Shown piece after piece: positions 48,659 through 61,034 of a stretch of 64,000 nt of DNA; within the stretch, counting starts at the first letter, position 1, and every line of letters begins with the position of its first letter. Source of the DNA: Pavona decussata (Eukaryota); assembly GCA_977016875.1 (NCBI GenBank), contig CDRNST010000144.1, positions 4,588,001 to 4,652,000 on the forward strand. Direction: 5' to 3'. Position numbers and translations under genes: made by a program. A model generated the notes under the pieces. It saw only the letters and a program-made list of their open reading frames with translations. It made no database searches and was not told the origin of the DNA.

Positions 48659-50037
48659 TTGTTTGAAAAGTTGGTAAAAGATAATTCACTCAAGCACAGG
48701 CCCATTGATTGCATAGAATTTGCCTCTTTTTTTTTTTTTTTTCAATTTTTCTTTTTTTGTGATTCTTTTTTTAATTTTGCTTCGGTAATAATTTTGGTAC
48801 AGCTATGGGCCTGTACTTCTTTTTAAAAGAAAAGAACGCTGTCGATTTTTAACGGCATATTTTAAAATTGTATACATTGACTTTTTCTAGTGTTATTAAA
48901 ATTTACTTGTTACGAAACATCCTTGATTGGGACAGCCTCCGGAGTTTTCCTTTATGTTTCTACATTATAAACTTGTTGATGTCGCTGTTTGAATTTGTCG
49001 GCAAAAGGAACGGTTTCTAGCAAGTATGAAATGGAGTTCTGATTACCGATAATTTTACAAAAATATCAATTTATAAATAATATTTATATTAACGTTGCTA
49101 ATTTACCAACATATCAGGTTAGTAACATATTCAGAAGTGTTCTCCTTTAGTTCGCTCAAGACATCACTAACATGGTAACGTAATGATAATGAAACGGGCC
49201 GTATTTTGTAGTTGATATGGCCACATAAGATCGTTGTCTTACGGCAACAAACAGCCATATAAGATCTTCTGTTATCAGCATCTCAGTACAAACTGTGGTT
49301 AAGTTCCTGTAAGGCAGACGTCGAAAAAAAAATGCCCTACATCCTGTACACTATTATTATAAAAGCGTTCATAAAAGAAAAACACATCTGCCATTATAAT
49401 TTATGGGCTGATTGTTTTCTATCATTGTAAATTGGAAATTGGCGCAGAAATAAGAATTCATAATTATTTCATTGAAGTGCCCTGCATGGTATTCAAGCCT
49501 GACTGTTACCAAGAGACCCTCGACTTAAGTTTGTATTATTTGATACACATAAAATCTTCGGCTCACAAATCAAGTCTATGCTAAAAACACATTTTAGAAC
49601 TCTTAAAAACAAATCCATATGTAAGAAATAAGGACCATGTAACTTCCGAACGTTATTACTCTATAAGCTTCATTTGAATAATCGTACTCAAGAATTTCAT
49701 CCACAGAAAAGTCCACTTACTCGGCGTTTGGGTTAAGTTTTGTTTTTCGTTCTCTCGTCATTGTTGTTCTGAGGATTTTTCGCTCATTTCCAGCCTTCCT
49801 GCCTTCATAAAAATTGCCAAATATCAGATTGAGGACATCACCAAGCATCCACCCGCACGTTGGCACGTAGGTTGTATTGACAAATTACCGAGTCTATTTA
49901 CATACAATCTTCTTCAAAACTCGTATAAAGCAAATTTACAGAGCTTGGTAGGGCGAGCCAGTGTGAGAGTGAAGAGCAAGAGCATGAACAAAAAAATACA
50001 ACTATCTTGCTAGAAATAAGTGATGTGATGTACGTAC

Positions 50038-50079
50038 CTCTCTAGGAGGAGAGAAGAGGAATTCAGCACAGAAATTCAT
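50038..50079 (-). CDS. Candidate alternative first coding exon of Erg (MNFCAEFLFSPPRE)
   Basis: accATG, 14 codons, GAG|gtacgt, phase 0. Confidence 0.3.
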
Positions 50080-50344
50080 GGTTATTTGTGACAACAGTCA
50101 CCCACAAATGATTCTAAAGACTGAACCATCAAGTACGGATGATCTTTCCTTGTTTATGTTAAATCTTTCGATTCGTATGTGATTCACTAGACATATATTC
50201 TAGAGTGTTCGGTTCCGTAGAAATTAAAAAACACCATGAGATCATAGCTTATATATGCAGCTTATGTGCAATGTGACAGCATATATTCATATTCATTTAT
50301 TATTGAAAAAACAATATTCTGAGAGAGCGATGTAGTGTTTGTAA

Positions 50345-50582
50345 TGTCACGAGCGACAGGCCGAAAAAAAATCTGACTCCTCGATGGGACTTGAATCCTT
50401 CCATACACGACAGGGATGTTGTAACGACTCAGTTACTGAGAGACGCGTGACAAGTTAGGCCCATCACCTAGTTCGTATGTAGCACGACTCCTAACTACTC
50501 GCGCTAGGCGCTAGGATCAGCAATGTCAATTACAATGCCGTACGGCGATAATAAGAAAAAATGGTGAATTTTAAGCTCAGTC
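50345..50582 (-). mobile_element. Highly degenerate tRNA-derived repeat
   Basis: Same layout as the copy at 50938 (gtcacg..aaaaaaatc..ctag(g)ttc.tatg) but decayed. Confidence 0.5.
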
Positions 50583-50937
50583 ACGACATGATAAATAACT
50601 TAATATATTATTAAACCATTTGTAATATTTCTAAAATAATCTTGTTTGACAAACTGATGCCACAATTTGCTGGCATTCAATTAAGTGAAGGACATTCGCA
50701 TAATCATCCATCCATACACTTTTTTTCGTTTTCTAATGTGACTAGTTTTTTTTTCTGTATTCTTAGGCTTAGCAGCTGTGGAAATTGGTTTTTTGTACAG
50801 TAATTGTTCACCTTTAGTAAACTGTGAGTTTATTAGTTAGTTAAATGTAGCTTGTTTTTCAACTGATTCTTAAACAATGTGAATACATAAAAGGGACGTG
50901 ATGTTTTGTTTAAAGCCTGGTGAATAAATGACAGGTG

Positions 50938-51108
50938 TATCGTGACGCAGGCATACTCGGAAAAAAAGAAATCCGAGTGCTCCTATCAGGAGTCGAACCT
51001 AAGACATTCCGATTTCTAGTTCGGATGCACTACCACTGAGCTACAGGAGACTCGTGGGGGCTAAGCCCATTAAACTAGGTTCATATGATAAACAACCTGC
51101 ATTCTGTT
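50938..51108 (-). mobile_element. tRNA-derived SINE-like repeat (tRNA-like core ~50980-51049)
   Basis: Minus strand ctcctgtagctcagtggtag..tccga-actagaaa-tcgga..ggttcgactcc..taggag, then the hairpin ctcgga-T-rich-tccgag. Confidence 0.8.
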
Positions 51109-53039
51109 TAAATTTGAATATCGATGACAATGATAATGTTTAAAGCCACATTATCGCATTTACACGAATTACAACGTGTTTAGTATTGACAAAACAAGAT
51201 TTCATAATTTAGAGAACTTCTTTTAAGTCCGCCATGTCGATGTACAGATTCTTGGCAACAACATGGCGGCCAAAATAACCAGCCCACAAACTGTCTAAAA
51301 ATACCGTAAAACTTCTGTAAATAGATTTCGTATTATTTTGAGTTCACAATTTAAGGCTTGTTATGAATAAAAATCTATCAACGGGTTGAAGTTGTCAGGT
51401 TACCGTACCATTCTGCCAACCCAAACCATCCTAAATTTCAAAACGCGACATATTTCCAAACGAAAGCAAACAAAGAACGAAATTAAGGGGTGGGATTTGT
51501 TCTCATACATGACTAAACATTTTTTTTTTGTTGAGATGTCATAATTGTGATTACGTCTGATAACAACCACATCTCGTGGACAGTGCATGCAACTACCTTT
51601 CTCCACAGAAGCATGATGACAGAAATGTCCGCTTCCTTGCTCAGTGTGACAATGGCAATAACAATGATGATGACGATGAGAGCGATGAGAGCGATGAGGG
51701 TAGAAACAATGGTCAGTTATTCGCCTGCCAGCTGGAGTATGAATCAGTTTTTACTGAATTACTACGAAGTTACTCTGCCCCAGATCTAAATTTCATGCGA
51801 CAAAATTTGCATTAGCTTTAACACAAGTCTATTACTTCTGCGCTCACACGGTCCGTATCCCGGAAGGGGCCATCTCATTCGCATTAAATCTGAATCACGT
51901 TCGCCTTCAAACACCCAAAAAGGAGACGGATGAAATTTTCCCGATAATATTTGTACCGTACGCAAGAATTAAGGCCCGTTCGTTCTTCACCGACTCTCAA
52001 ACCGTTTAATTGCAGCTTACCTAGCAATGTTGGAGAAAATTTTACTGCCTATTAAATGAGATGCGGCAATTCACGGGTCGTAAACATGTGCAGGTATTGC
52101 ACAACGCGGAAGCCTTATGTCAAAACGTCGGCAGTCTTTAGAACTCCCACTCAAAGTTGAGGGTTACTATTCAAAAACAAAACAGTGCACTTTTAGGATG
52201 TCCTTTGCGCGCACAACGTGCCCAAATATTAAAAAAAAATTGTTGCGTGCCCTACGAAACTAAACAAAAAAAGGTAATTAATGAGTGAAACGAAAAAATA
52301 CAAGCATATTAGAGCCCCTGTGAACATATGTTACATCACTTAATTTAAATAAAAAGCGACGAGATTGTTAAGTTTTGGTAAACGCGCTAAATTACTTCAA
52401 GTAACAAGTGTGGATATTGTTGATCTTTGCTATACATACGTGAGTCTTATGGAAAAAAAATAGTACTTCAATAGCTCAATAGCCAATTCAGTGTTTTCAG
52501 AGGCATAAGAAGATTACTAGCCTTGTAAACACTCTTCAAATTGTGCGCGCTTGCAAATACGTAACAAACGTGGTTAGATTTCACAAGATTCTTCAGTCGC
52601 TGTTCAAAATTTTTGTATGAATAATTGTTTTTCAAGACCTTCGTCTGAAGATTTTAAGATTGGCAATTTGAAGGTCTTCTTTTTGAAGTTCTCAGCAATT
52701 TAAAGTCTATGTCAAACAGAATCGAAGAACGAATGAGCTAATCAAATTAGTTTGATAACGAAATGCAAACAACATCGACTTATAATTACTCGGCAGAATT
52801 TTTAGCACGAGAGAAAAGGCAGTCTTTACTTGTTTTTTGTTTGTTTCGATCTGGTGTAACAGAAACAAATTATTTCACTACTAAAATTCTCGTCACTGAC
52901 TTCCAGTAATTCTCTTATAAGGACACGCTTTCGATAAGTGAATTTACAGCACAAATGTTTACGACCTTGAATAATACCCGCTCTCATGCATTTGCTCGAA
53001 AGAGATCAGACAATTTAAACCAACAAATACATCCCATAC

Positions 53040-53087
53040 CTCAAGAACAGTTTCGCTGAATGAACGCCGATAAACCTCCAAAGGCAT
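53040..53087 (-). CDS. Candidate alternative first coding exon of Erg (MPLEVYRRSFSETVLE)
   Basis: Acceptor tttttccttag 1 nt before the ATG, 16 codons, GAG|gtatgg, phase 0. Confidence 0.42.
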
Positions 53088-54039
53088 TCTAAGGAAAAAC
53101 ACACGATGCCATAATTATGCGAACGCTGTTTGCGCTCTCGTTTTCGTATTAATAGCCAATATCGATCACAAATCTCATTAAGCACTCGCGTTTTCTTCGT
53201 CTAGCTGAAAAGCGAGAATTCTGTTCATAAATTATTGACAAACAAGCTTAATGAGGGTGAGTTCTCCAATGGAAAAGGGAACAAAAGTTCATTAGCCCAT
53301 TGATAGGGTGAACGCACCTGATAACACAGTAATTGAATTTCACCGTAATGAATGAAAATTCACAGTGGTACAACACTTGTATTACTTCAACGCATTGAAT
53401 GATACATGAATAAACAACACGCCTTATCTATATCCTGCCAACAGATCCATTTACACCTCGAGTGAAACTTTTTTCTCAGGACAAGCATTTTCTATCAATT
53501 TTTACTTATTTGATGAATAAAAAAATTTCAACAAGGGGAATAGTCATTTAAATAAGAAACTTCGAAATCTGTAATGGTTGTGCAACGCAAAACTGTATCT
53601 CCCTTCACGATCGTGGTGTGCTTAAACCATTTAAATCGCCCACGAACGTACACAATAGAAGAGTTATTTGTCTCGATTGTAAACGGCCCAAGAGATTAGT
53701 TTTCTTTGTGACAAACGTGAAAACAAGCCTGTAAAATTTACGTGACCTACAGTTCAAGGCCCCGTAACTGTCCATTAGAAGAACTCTCAAAAGAATCTTC
53801 ACCAAATACAAGATAAGTACCAGGGAAAATTGCAGTTACAATAAGTGATAATTTAAATATTTCATTGTGTCATGCGCGCCAATTCATCTGCATCCGGTCT
53901 GGCGCACCCCCTAATTGTGAAAATTATGCGATTCATGTATACTCCGCTCCGACGCACCCTTAGACGGATATTTAGTGGCATTTTTAACGAGCGCGAAAAT
54001 GCTTTCGTCAACACAGAATTTTAGGAGCAGAAGCAGAAG

Positions 54040-54098
54040 CTAGGCTCGATTTCGGCGCGGACTCATTTTCCCGAACAGCGGTTGGTAATCGAGCCTAG
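54040..54098. mobile_element. Tiny hairpin element (taggctcgatt TIR); related end at ~16748-16802
   Basis: ctaggctcgatt / aatcgagcctag. Confidence 0.6.
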
Positions 54099-56397
54099 TT
54101 TATAGCCCGTGAATTCAAAAGTTCGAGAAAGCTATAGGTAGAATATGGAAACCACCCAAGGGTAATGGTTTGGTGTTTAATATCCATAAATCTAATTGGA
54201 ATGCCCAAGAAGCTCACATCCTTTCCTTACTAGTCTTTACTCAAAAAGTGATCCTAACTCGTAGCTCTGCCAACAAACAGATAAATTTTAAAAACAAAGA
54301 AAGCACTTCAAATATTTATAAGCTGCCACAAACGTTATTTAGCAGTCTACGTGTTAAGTTTCTAAAGTACTTTCGCGTGAAATTAATTATAAAATTTCCA
54401 TGGCATCATATTATTTTAGTTTACGATAAACAAGAGTTTTCATAGATTTTATTCAGTTTTCTGTCGTCTTCACTTTTCGGTGCCTTCGGGTATTTGAGAG
54501 TTGGTATCTGTGTGAGATTAAATTTGGACAAACAATTAAGGATAAAAATTAGCGTTGTGCAAAACTCTTATCACTAATTTTAATTCTTGATATCTGAGCC
54601 TACGAATAACGCGAACACGGGACAAGAGTGAAATAACACTCAGTGCGAATCATTATAGGTTTTGTTTTGTCCTCATCAACGGCTCGAGATTTGATTGTAC
54701 TTCCTGTTGCCCAATCAATTTAGTAAAAAAAATCGTTTTCATGCAATCAAAGTTTCATCTGCGATTGCTTCATGCAACACGCATAAGTCCAAACGCGTAG
54801 AGACATTATCATCAGGTTTTTGTTTTTGTTTGTTTTTCTTTTAATAGAGTGATCGGTGGTACCGGATAAAACTGAATTTCCCTGCAACTTTCTAAGCGAA
54901 ATCTTGTCAAGGGAGACCATTGAAACAAACCCTATCTTAATACCATTATGAATTGCTCAAATCAAAATATGTTTTACAGGAGCAAAGGCCGGCTGCGTTT
55001 TGCGTCGCTATTACAGAAAAAAAACGCAATCAGAACAACCCAGACTGACCCTGATGCATTCCACGCACATCATGGGCTCTGGAAAAATGCATTTCGATAA
55101 TTTCTCTCAAATTAAGTCGCATTAAACTGACAGAGAAGTAGCCTTGTGTCTTTTCTCCCTTACATTTCGTAAAAAACTTGAAAAAACAGTCTATTATTTT
55201 TTCGAGAAGCAAAAAATTAATTTTTGTTTTCACAACAGAATTACATGTAAAGCACTCCTTTTTTGGTATGGTATGCAAAGGAATTACCATGAATGTTCGA
55301 ATTAGCGCCCCCTTCAAATAAGCGCCCCCCTTGAGGCTAAAAATATTTAAAAAGCGCCCCGTTCAAATAAGCGGGGGGCCCCACCCCTCCTCAAGTACAC
55401 ACGGATTTGTGTTTCTCCTTACAGATTCATTTCAGTTTTCTTACTTTTTGTTACCGTTCGTGTTTCCTTGAAATAAAGACAGTATTAGTCCGAAGCCAAA
55501 ATTTGAAAAACAAAATAAGCGCCCCTCTCGATCCAGAAAATTAAATAAGTGCCCCGCACGCTAATTCGAGCATTTGCGTTACATATGACCTACGGAAGTT
55601 CTCCAATACTTGTACAAATTGTCCTTATTACTACAACGGAGAAAACCACACGAAAATGGAATAAAAATGAAGAGTAAATAGACAGAGGAAGAAGGGTTCG
55701 ATGGATATACCCGACGAGAAAGGCACAAAAATGCTCATGCTTGCTTCAGTTACGTCGCTCCTTTTATATGTGATATTACTGTGTGATGTTATATCAGCTC
55801 ATGAAAAATGTTTGCACCTCATTTCCTGCAACTTCCGTGTAAATATTTTTGTTTCTCAATACTCAACAGAAATGTCGGTATTCTAAGGAATTCTCAGACC
55901 AACATCATTAAACGCTGAACGTCATACGCGTGACGTAACGTCGATTTTTTGCCCAATGTTGAGTTATGTAAAATTAAGAATTTGCTACATGTACCCCAAT
56001 TAATACAACTTTTTTTATCATTTAGCCATTCAAAATCTTCTTCTTTCCGGCAATATTCAATAAAATGGATGTATTCGACCTACGTCCAGGCATTGTAAAA
56101 TGCTCATAAGCGTCTTTCGTAGGTCTTTCCCTTTTGCTTGGGGGAGATGGGGCGGTGGAGGAAGTATTGCTACATGTATGTAATTTTATGACAGCTTTTG
56201 GAAAAATGTTTTGTGGCTTTATGCCTCACTAGCTGTGAAGAGGGAGAGTGTAGTGGCTGTGAAAAATGTTGCCATGTCATGCCGCCTTAACTTTTTTTTG
56301 ATACTGCACTGAATTTACCCATTCAAAAAATACTCACACTACTGAACTGGAAAGCTTCTTTGAAGTTGAAATAAATGCGTCCCCTCGTATGTGTTAA

Positions 56398-56775
56398 AGG
56401 GGCGCTATCAGCTATTTTAGTGTCACTTTGAATAGAGGAAAAACATATTTGTATCGATGGGAACATTAAAATAATGGTTCAATTTTGTTAAAAATAACCC
56501 TACTAGGGCACAGAAACTAGTATTAATCATTTTTGTCTGCGGATGGCTAGGATGGAAACGGATTGGAGCTTGAAAAAGTTGGCCAATTTTTTTTCACGTT
56601 CCTCCTGTGAATTTTGGCAAAATTGCTAAAAAGTGATTCTAGTTTGTTATTTTCCGGAGAAATAATTTTCTATTTTCCTCCCGCTGCTCTAAAAGTGATT
56701 TCACGTTAAAAAATGGGTTCTCTTTTCAAATATTTGAGCTGTTTTGGACAGCAAAAGCTCCGTGATAGTACACCT
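56398..56775. mobile_element. TTAA-flanked MITE (Kolobok-like)
   Basis: TTAA|aggggcgctatca ... tgatagtacacct|TTAA. Confidence 0.6.
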
Positions 56776-58060
56776 TTAAGCTTCGCGAAGAAACGGTAGA
56801 TAGATTTTGTTACCGAGTAACTGAAAAAATACAACTAACCCTTTGAAGTTGCTGTTTCGATCAATAACCTGTTTTTCCGGCTTAATTTACATATCTACAC
56901 AGGCCTGTATTTTGTTGTTATTTGGGATGGGAGGGGAGGTGTTAGGATGTGAATTTAGTTGACGTCATCAGGGAAAAAACTGTAACAATATCGTCGGGAA
57001 ATTTTAAGCAATTGAAAGTGATATTGAGCTGCTTCTTTCTGGAACAGAAAGGACAAATAAACTTATAACAAAATATTGCTATACATGTAGCTCTGACACA
57101 ATAAACAAAACGTTTCTTTCTTCCCTAATGCTAACTTTGCAGTTAAATTCAAGCTCAACAGAGGTTAAAAATTTCCTTAACTATATAAACCCTCGGTTGG
57201 AAATAAACAAAGCACACCAATTTCCCGTTGACGATTCAATTTTTTTTCTCAATTGGAAATGAACCCCAGCACCACCTAACTGGTGGTGTCTGGTTTAATG
57301 AAAAGCACGTGCTCTGAAGTTTATAAGCTATTTAGTATACGTGAGGTAAACTATACAGGCTACTAAAATATCTAAATTTTGAACCAATAAAGCAGAAAAC
57401 TTCGCTTGTCGCCTTAATTATACGCCAAGTACCGGAATGGTGAATGTTTACCGAAGCAAACAAACGAAGTATTCCAAGTTGTATTTTCACGGGATGCTCA
57501 CAACAGTTTCTCACTTCAAAATTAACTTTTTAACTCAATTAGATCGTCTAAGAAGCGATCAGCTTTCTAAACTATGCACATCGAAGAATAGTTCTCGACA
57601 GTAAACAAATCTACAATCCAAATAAATCCCGCGGTGCCCTAACAGAGGAAGAATACTTCAAAAAGATTGCGGTTGACAAATATGCAATCAGCGAACAAAA
57701 ATCTGTTAACAAAAACTGTACGATAATGACTAAAAACGGGTTATTCCTTCGGTAACAAATAAAACGGTGCTATTTAATTCACACATAGTTTAAAGCATAT
57801 ATCGCTACAAACATGAAAGCAATCGAAGGGCTGTTGCAAATGGTCGTGGCGAAGAGCTTCATAGAGCACGTTTATACCATCCACATTTTGCTGAGGCCGA
57901 ATCGTTCTCTCAGTCTGGTACACTAAGGAGAAATACTTTTACACGAACAACCTTTCAACCGCTTGATTCACCTGGTACGATTTTTTGCGAGTACCACGAA
58001 ATTTCAATGCGCTAGTCGCTGTTGTGTTTGACTAGGACTCAAAAAGACAAAATGACATAC

Positions 58061-58105
58061 CTGGTAATCCCTCATTTTAGGGAAAATCTTCTTCCACGTT
58101 TTCAT
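58061..58105 (-). CDS. Candidate alternative first coding exon of Erg (MKTWKKIFPKMRDYQ)
   Basis: 15 codons, CAG|gtatgt, phase 0, in-frame stop upstream. Confidence 0.35.
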
Positions 58106-59248
58106 GAAGAATCTGTGGTTGATTTGTTCAGTACGTTTCTCCGTGATCAAAAGATAATCTGGACTGGTCTAGCTGCGAATGTTACTTTTCTGGAGTAATC
58201 AATGGAAGCAGAACTAATCACGCCCCTTGCTGAATGCTACCTTCAGACTGACTGATCATTGTACGTCGAGATAGGAGAGATATGGAGGCGGACAAGCTTC
58301 CTATATCTAGTAAATTCACTAGTAAATTTACGACGTAATAGTGGTCGCCGCGGTAGATAAAAATCTAAAAACAACCCAATGCAAATATAAGGACATTCCA
58401 CAAGACACAAAAGAACTAGCCAACCTTAAATGCAGATATTTAATTATTTGCCAGCCTTAGCTCGAACCTACTGAACAATACCGCAAGATATGAGTTAATA
58501 GAACATGTTTGCAAGACAATTGGCTTTGATAGTCACATCACAATCTTATTGTGATAAATGCTTTGTACTTTTGAAAGTACACGGGATACTCATAAAGTGA
58601 ATTATGCTAATTAACTAGCGAAATATTGTTTACTGAATCTAAATTAAAGACTCAAGCTAATTGATGCCTTTTTGTTTCATTGAAAACGAAAACGATCGAC
58701 TTTGAAACCAGAATAAAAAAGAATGCATCAATTGCTGTCCCTTTTTGGACTCCTTTTTGTGATGTCCCCTGTGCACTGGTTCAGCTATCAATTCCTTTTG
58801 TTTGACAACAGCTTCTATAAGTTCGAGTTTCTTCTAACTTCTCTGTCTTTCTTAATAATAATGATACCAATAAAATAATAATGCTTTGTAATAACTCTTT
58901 AACATAGCACTAGCGATTACAATGAGATGCCGAAGCCAGGGGGCTTATCTGGCACAGGATCAAGCAGAGAAAATAAATCGATGCCTTTTTTTTGCCCCAT
59001 TGAAAACGAAAACGATCAACTTTGAAAAAAAAGAAAAGAAAAAGAATACACGAATTGCTCTCCTACTGGATCCCTTTTTGCAAATTTGTTATTTGTTGCA
59101 TTGGATTTACTAAAATGTTTAAAGCTTGACATAATTATAACAAAGCTTCACGTTGCCCGAGTCTTCGAACAGTTTTCTAAAATATGTCTCGCAAACGGAG
59201 CAGCGGAAACTGATAAAAATATTGTTGATTGTATTGATTTTCTATATA

Positions 59249-59695
59249 CACTCGATTGCAAAAACGTTGACACCTAAAAGCATAAACCGTGAACGATGAG
59301 ACCCAATGGCTTTATGGGTATAAGTGTACTAAATTTATTTGCATGATATTCTATTCTCGTGCGACGGTTGATGACAAAAATTAGTTGCACGTGGTGAATG
59401 ATGGAAACTGTCCAAGCTTTCGGTAAAGTGTCCAAGTTGGCCACAAGGGCCAATTTGAGTGACATACCATTCCCGATTTGACTCAGTTCAAAACAGGCAA
59501 TGAACTTAAGCAATATTTGGAAGAAAAATATTCGGAAGAATTAAGTCCGCACTGTATATTTTATTGCAAACAATGAGAATGGTAAATTATTGGTTATGGA
59601 AATGAGGTTATTGTTTAAACACTACCTACAAATCCGCTGGGTCTCATCGTTCACGGGTTATGCTTTTTAGGTGTCAACGTTTTTGCAATCGAGTG
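59249..59695. mobile_element. Tc1-like MITE with ~57-bp TIRs and TA TSD
   Basis: TA|cactcgattgcaaaaacgttgacacctaaaagcataa ... ttatgctttttaggtgtcaacgtttttgcaatcgagtg|TA. Confidence 0.88.
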
Positions 59696-59824
59696 TATTA
59701 AGTGAAATCAAATCTGAGTCTTTTTGATGTCAGCAGTATATTTTAAGAAATTAACATGCGTTGACTTTTCTACTCATAATTTTAATCCCCTAATCGCTGT
59801 CTTATACCAATCCTTATTATTCCG

Positions 59825-60342
59825 CTATTATGTCATTTCACCAAATAAGGTCAAGAGAACGCGCAAAATATGAGACCGTAATACACTGTAGTGTCCCGGT
59901 TTGACCGGTTTATAACAGAGCGAATACGGACGGAAAAGGCAAAAAAAAGGAGCAACAATGGCCGGACTGGACGAAGAATAGTTTTGAAACGATGCAAGCT
60001 CAAACAAAGTTTTTAGCATGCCAATAACTTGTCATTTATCTTTTCATTTTATCCAATCAAATTTAAGACATTTAACTGGCTTTCTGTGTTGTTTACGTCA
60101 TTCGTACGCGCCATATACCGATAGACAGTTAATGCCGGGTGTATTTCAAAACTGTTTCCAAAACAGAGAAGCAAAAATAACAAAATCTTTTTGTAGTGGA
60201 GTAATAAATCTCTTATTCGATGTTCTTACATATGATACTCGCGGACATTTTGCTCATTGCTCGTATTTTTCCTCGCCCCGACTACGCAACTCGCAAAATA
60301 TCCGCGCGTATTATATGTTAAACCATCGAATAAGATATATAA
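59825..60342. repeat. Dispersed repeat, copy 1 (direct copy at ~62074-62465)
   Basis: Shared ctattatgtcattt.accaaat.aggtcaagagaa ... cgcaactcgcaaaatatccgcgc. Confidence 0.8.
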
Positions 60343-60463
60343 ATCCAATCCTTTAACAGTCGAGAGCTATACAAAAATAGTGTATTGTTATCAAAACATC
60401 TATTCCAAGTTAAAAGAAACTTTTTTGCTCTTTTTGACCGCTTCTTGAGTTGTATACAACTCG

Positions 60464-60464
<1 letters not shown>

Positions 60465-60505
<41 letters not shown>

Positions 60506-60577
60506 ACATTGGAAAGTGCGCAAGCCAGAATTTAAGTAGTGACTTTTTTGTCAGTCTGAATTATTTTTAGAAAGTCC

Positions 60578-60616
<39 letters not shown>

Positions 60617-60963
60617 TTTTTTACTAACTTTTCGACGCTTTTTAAACTATTGAAAGTGAGAAATGAAGTAGGAAATAGAGCAGAGGAGGAGAGAAGAAGA
60701 ATGTCGCGTTGTATTCTTATAAGCTCTGTATTTTTAGGCTGGATAATGCAATGTAAACTGAGAATGTCTTGAGTTGTTATCCATTTCACGATATAAACAG
60801 TGTGCAAAAATTGATTTCCAATTATGTTTATGAATTTTATTGCATGCAACCATACTTGTACAGTACGCTTAGAGTCATGTTGATTGTAAAATTCATTTTA
60901 TTATTCGTTATTCAATAAAATAGATCAATATTATTAATTAAAAAAATATTATTAATTAAAAAA

Positions 60964-61033
<70 letters not shown>
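60465..61033. repeat. Microsatellite cluster: (ATT)n 60465-60503, (TATT)n 60578-60618, (ATT)n 60963-61033
   Basis: Read directly. Confidence 0.9.

Positions 61034-61034
<1 letters not shown>

Noticed and set aside
49721-49761. Further Erg first exon (MTRERKTKLNPNA)
   Set aside because: The phase-2 donor is incompatible with 32873, and the sequence resembles the SINE-like fragment at ~23000-23070.
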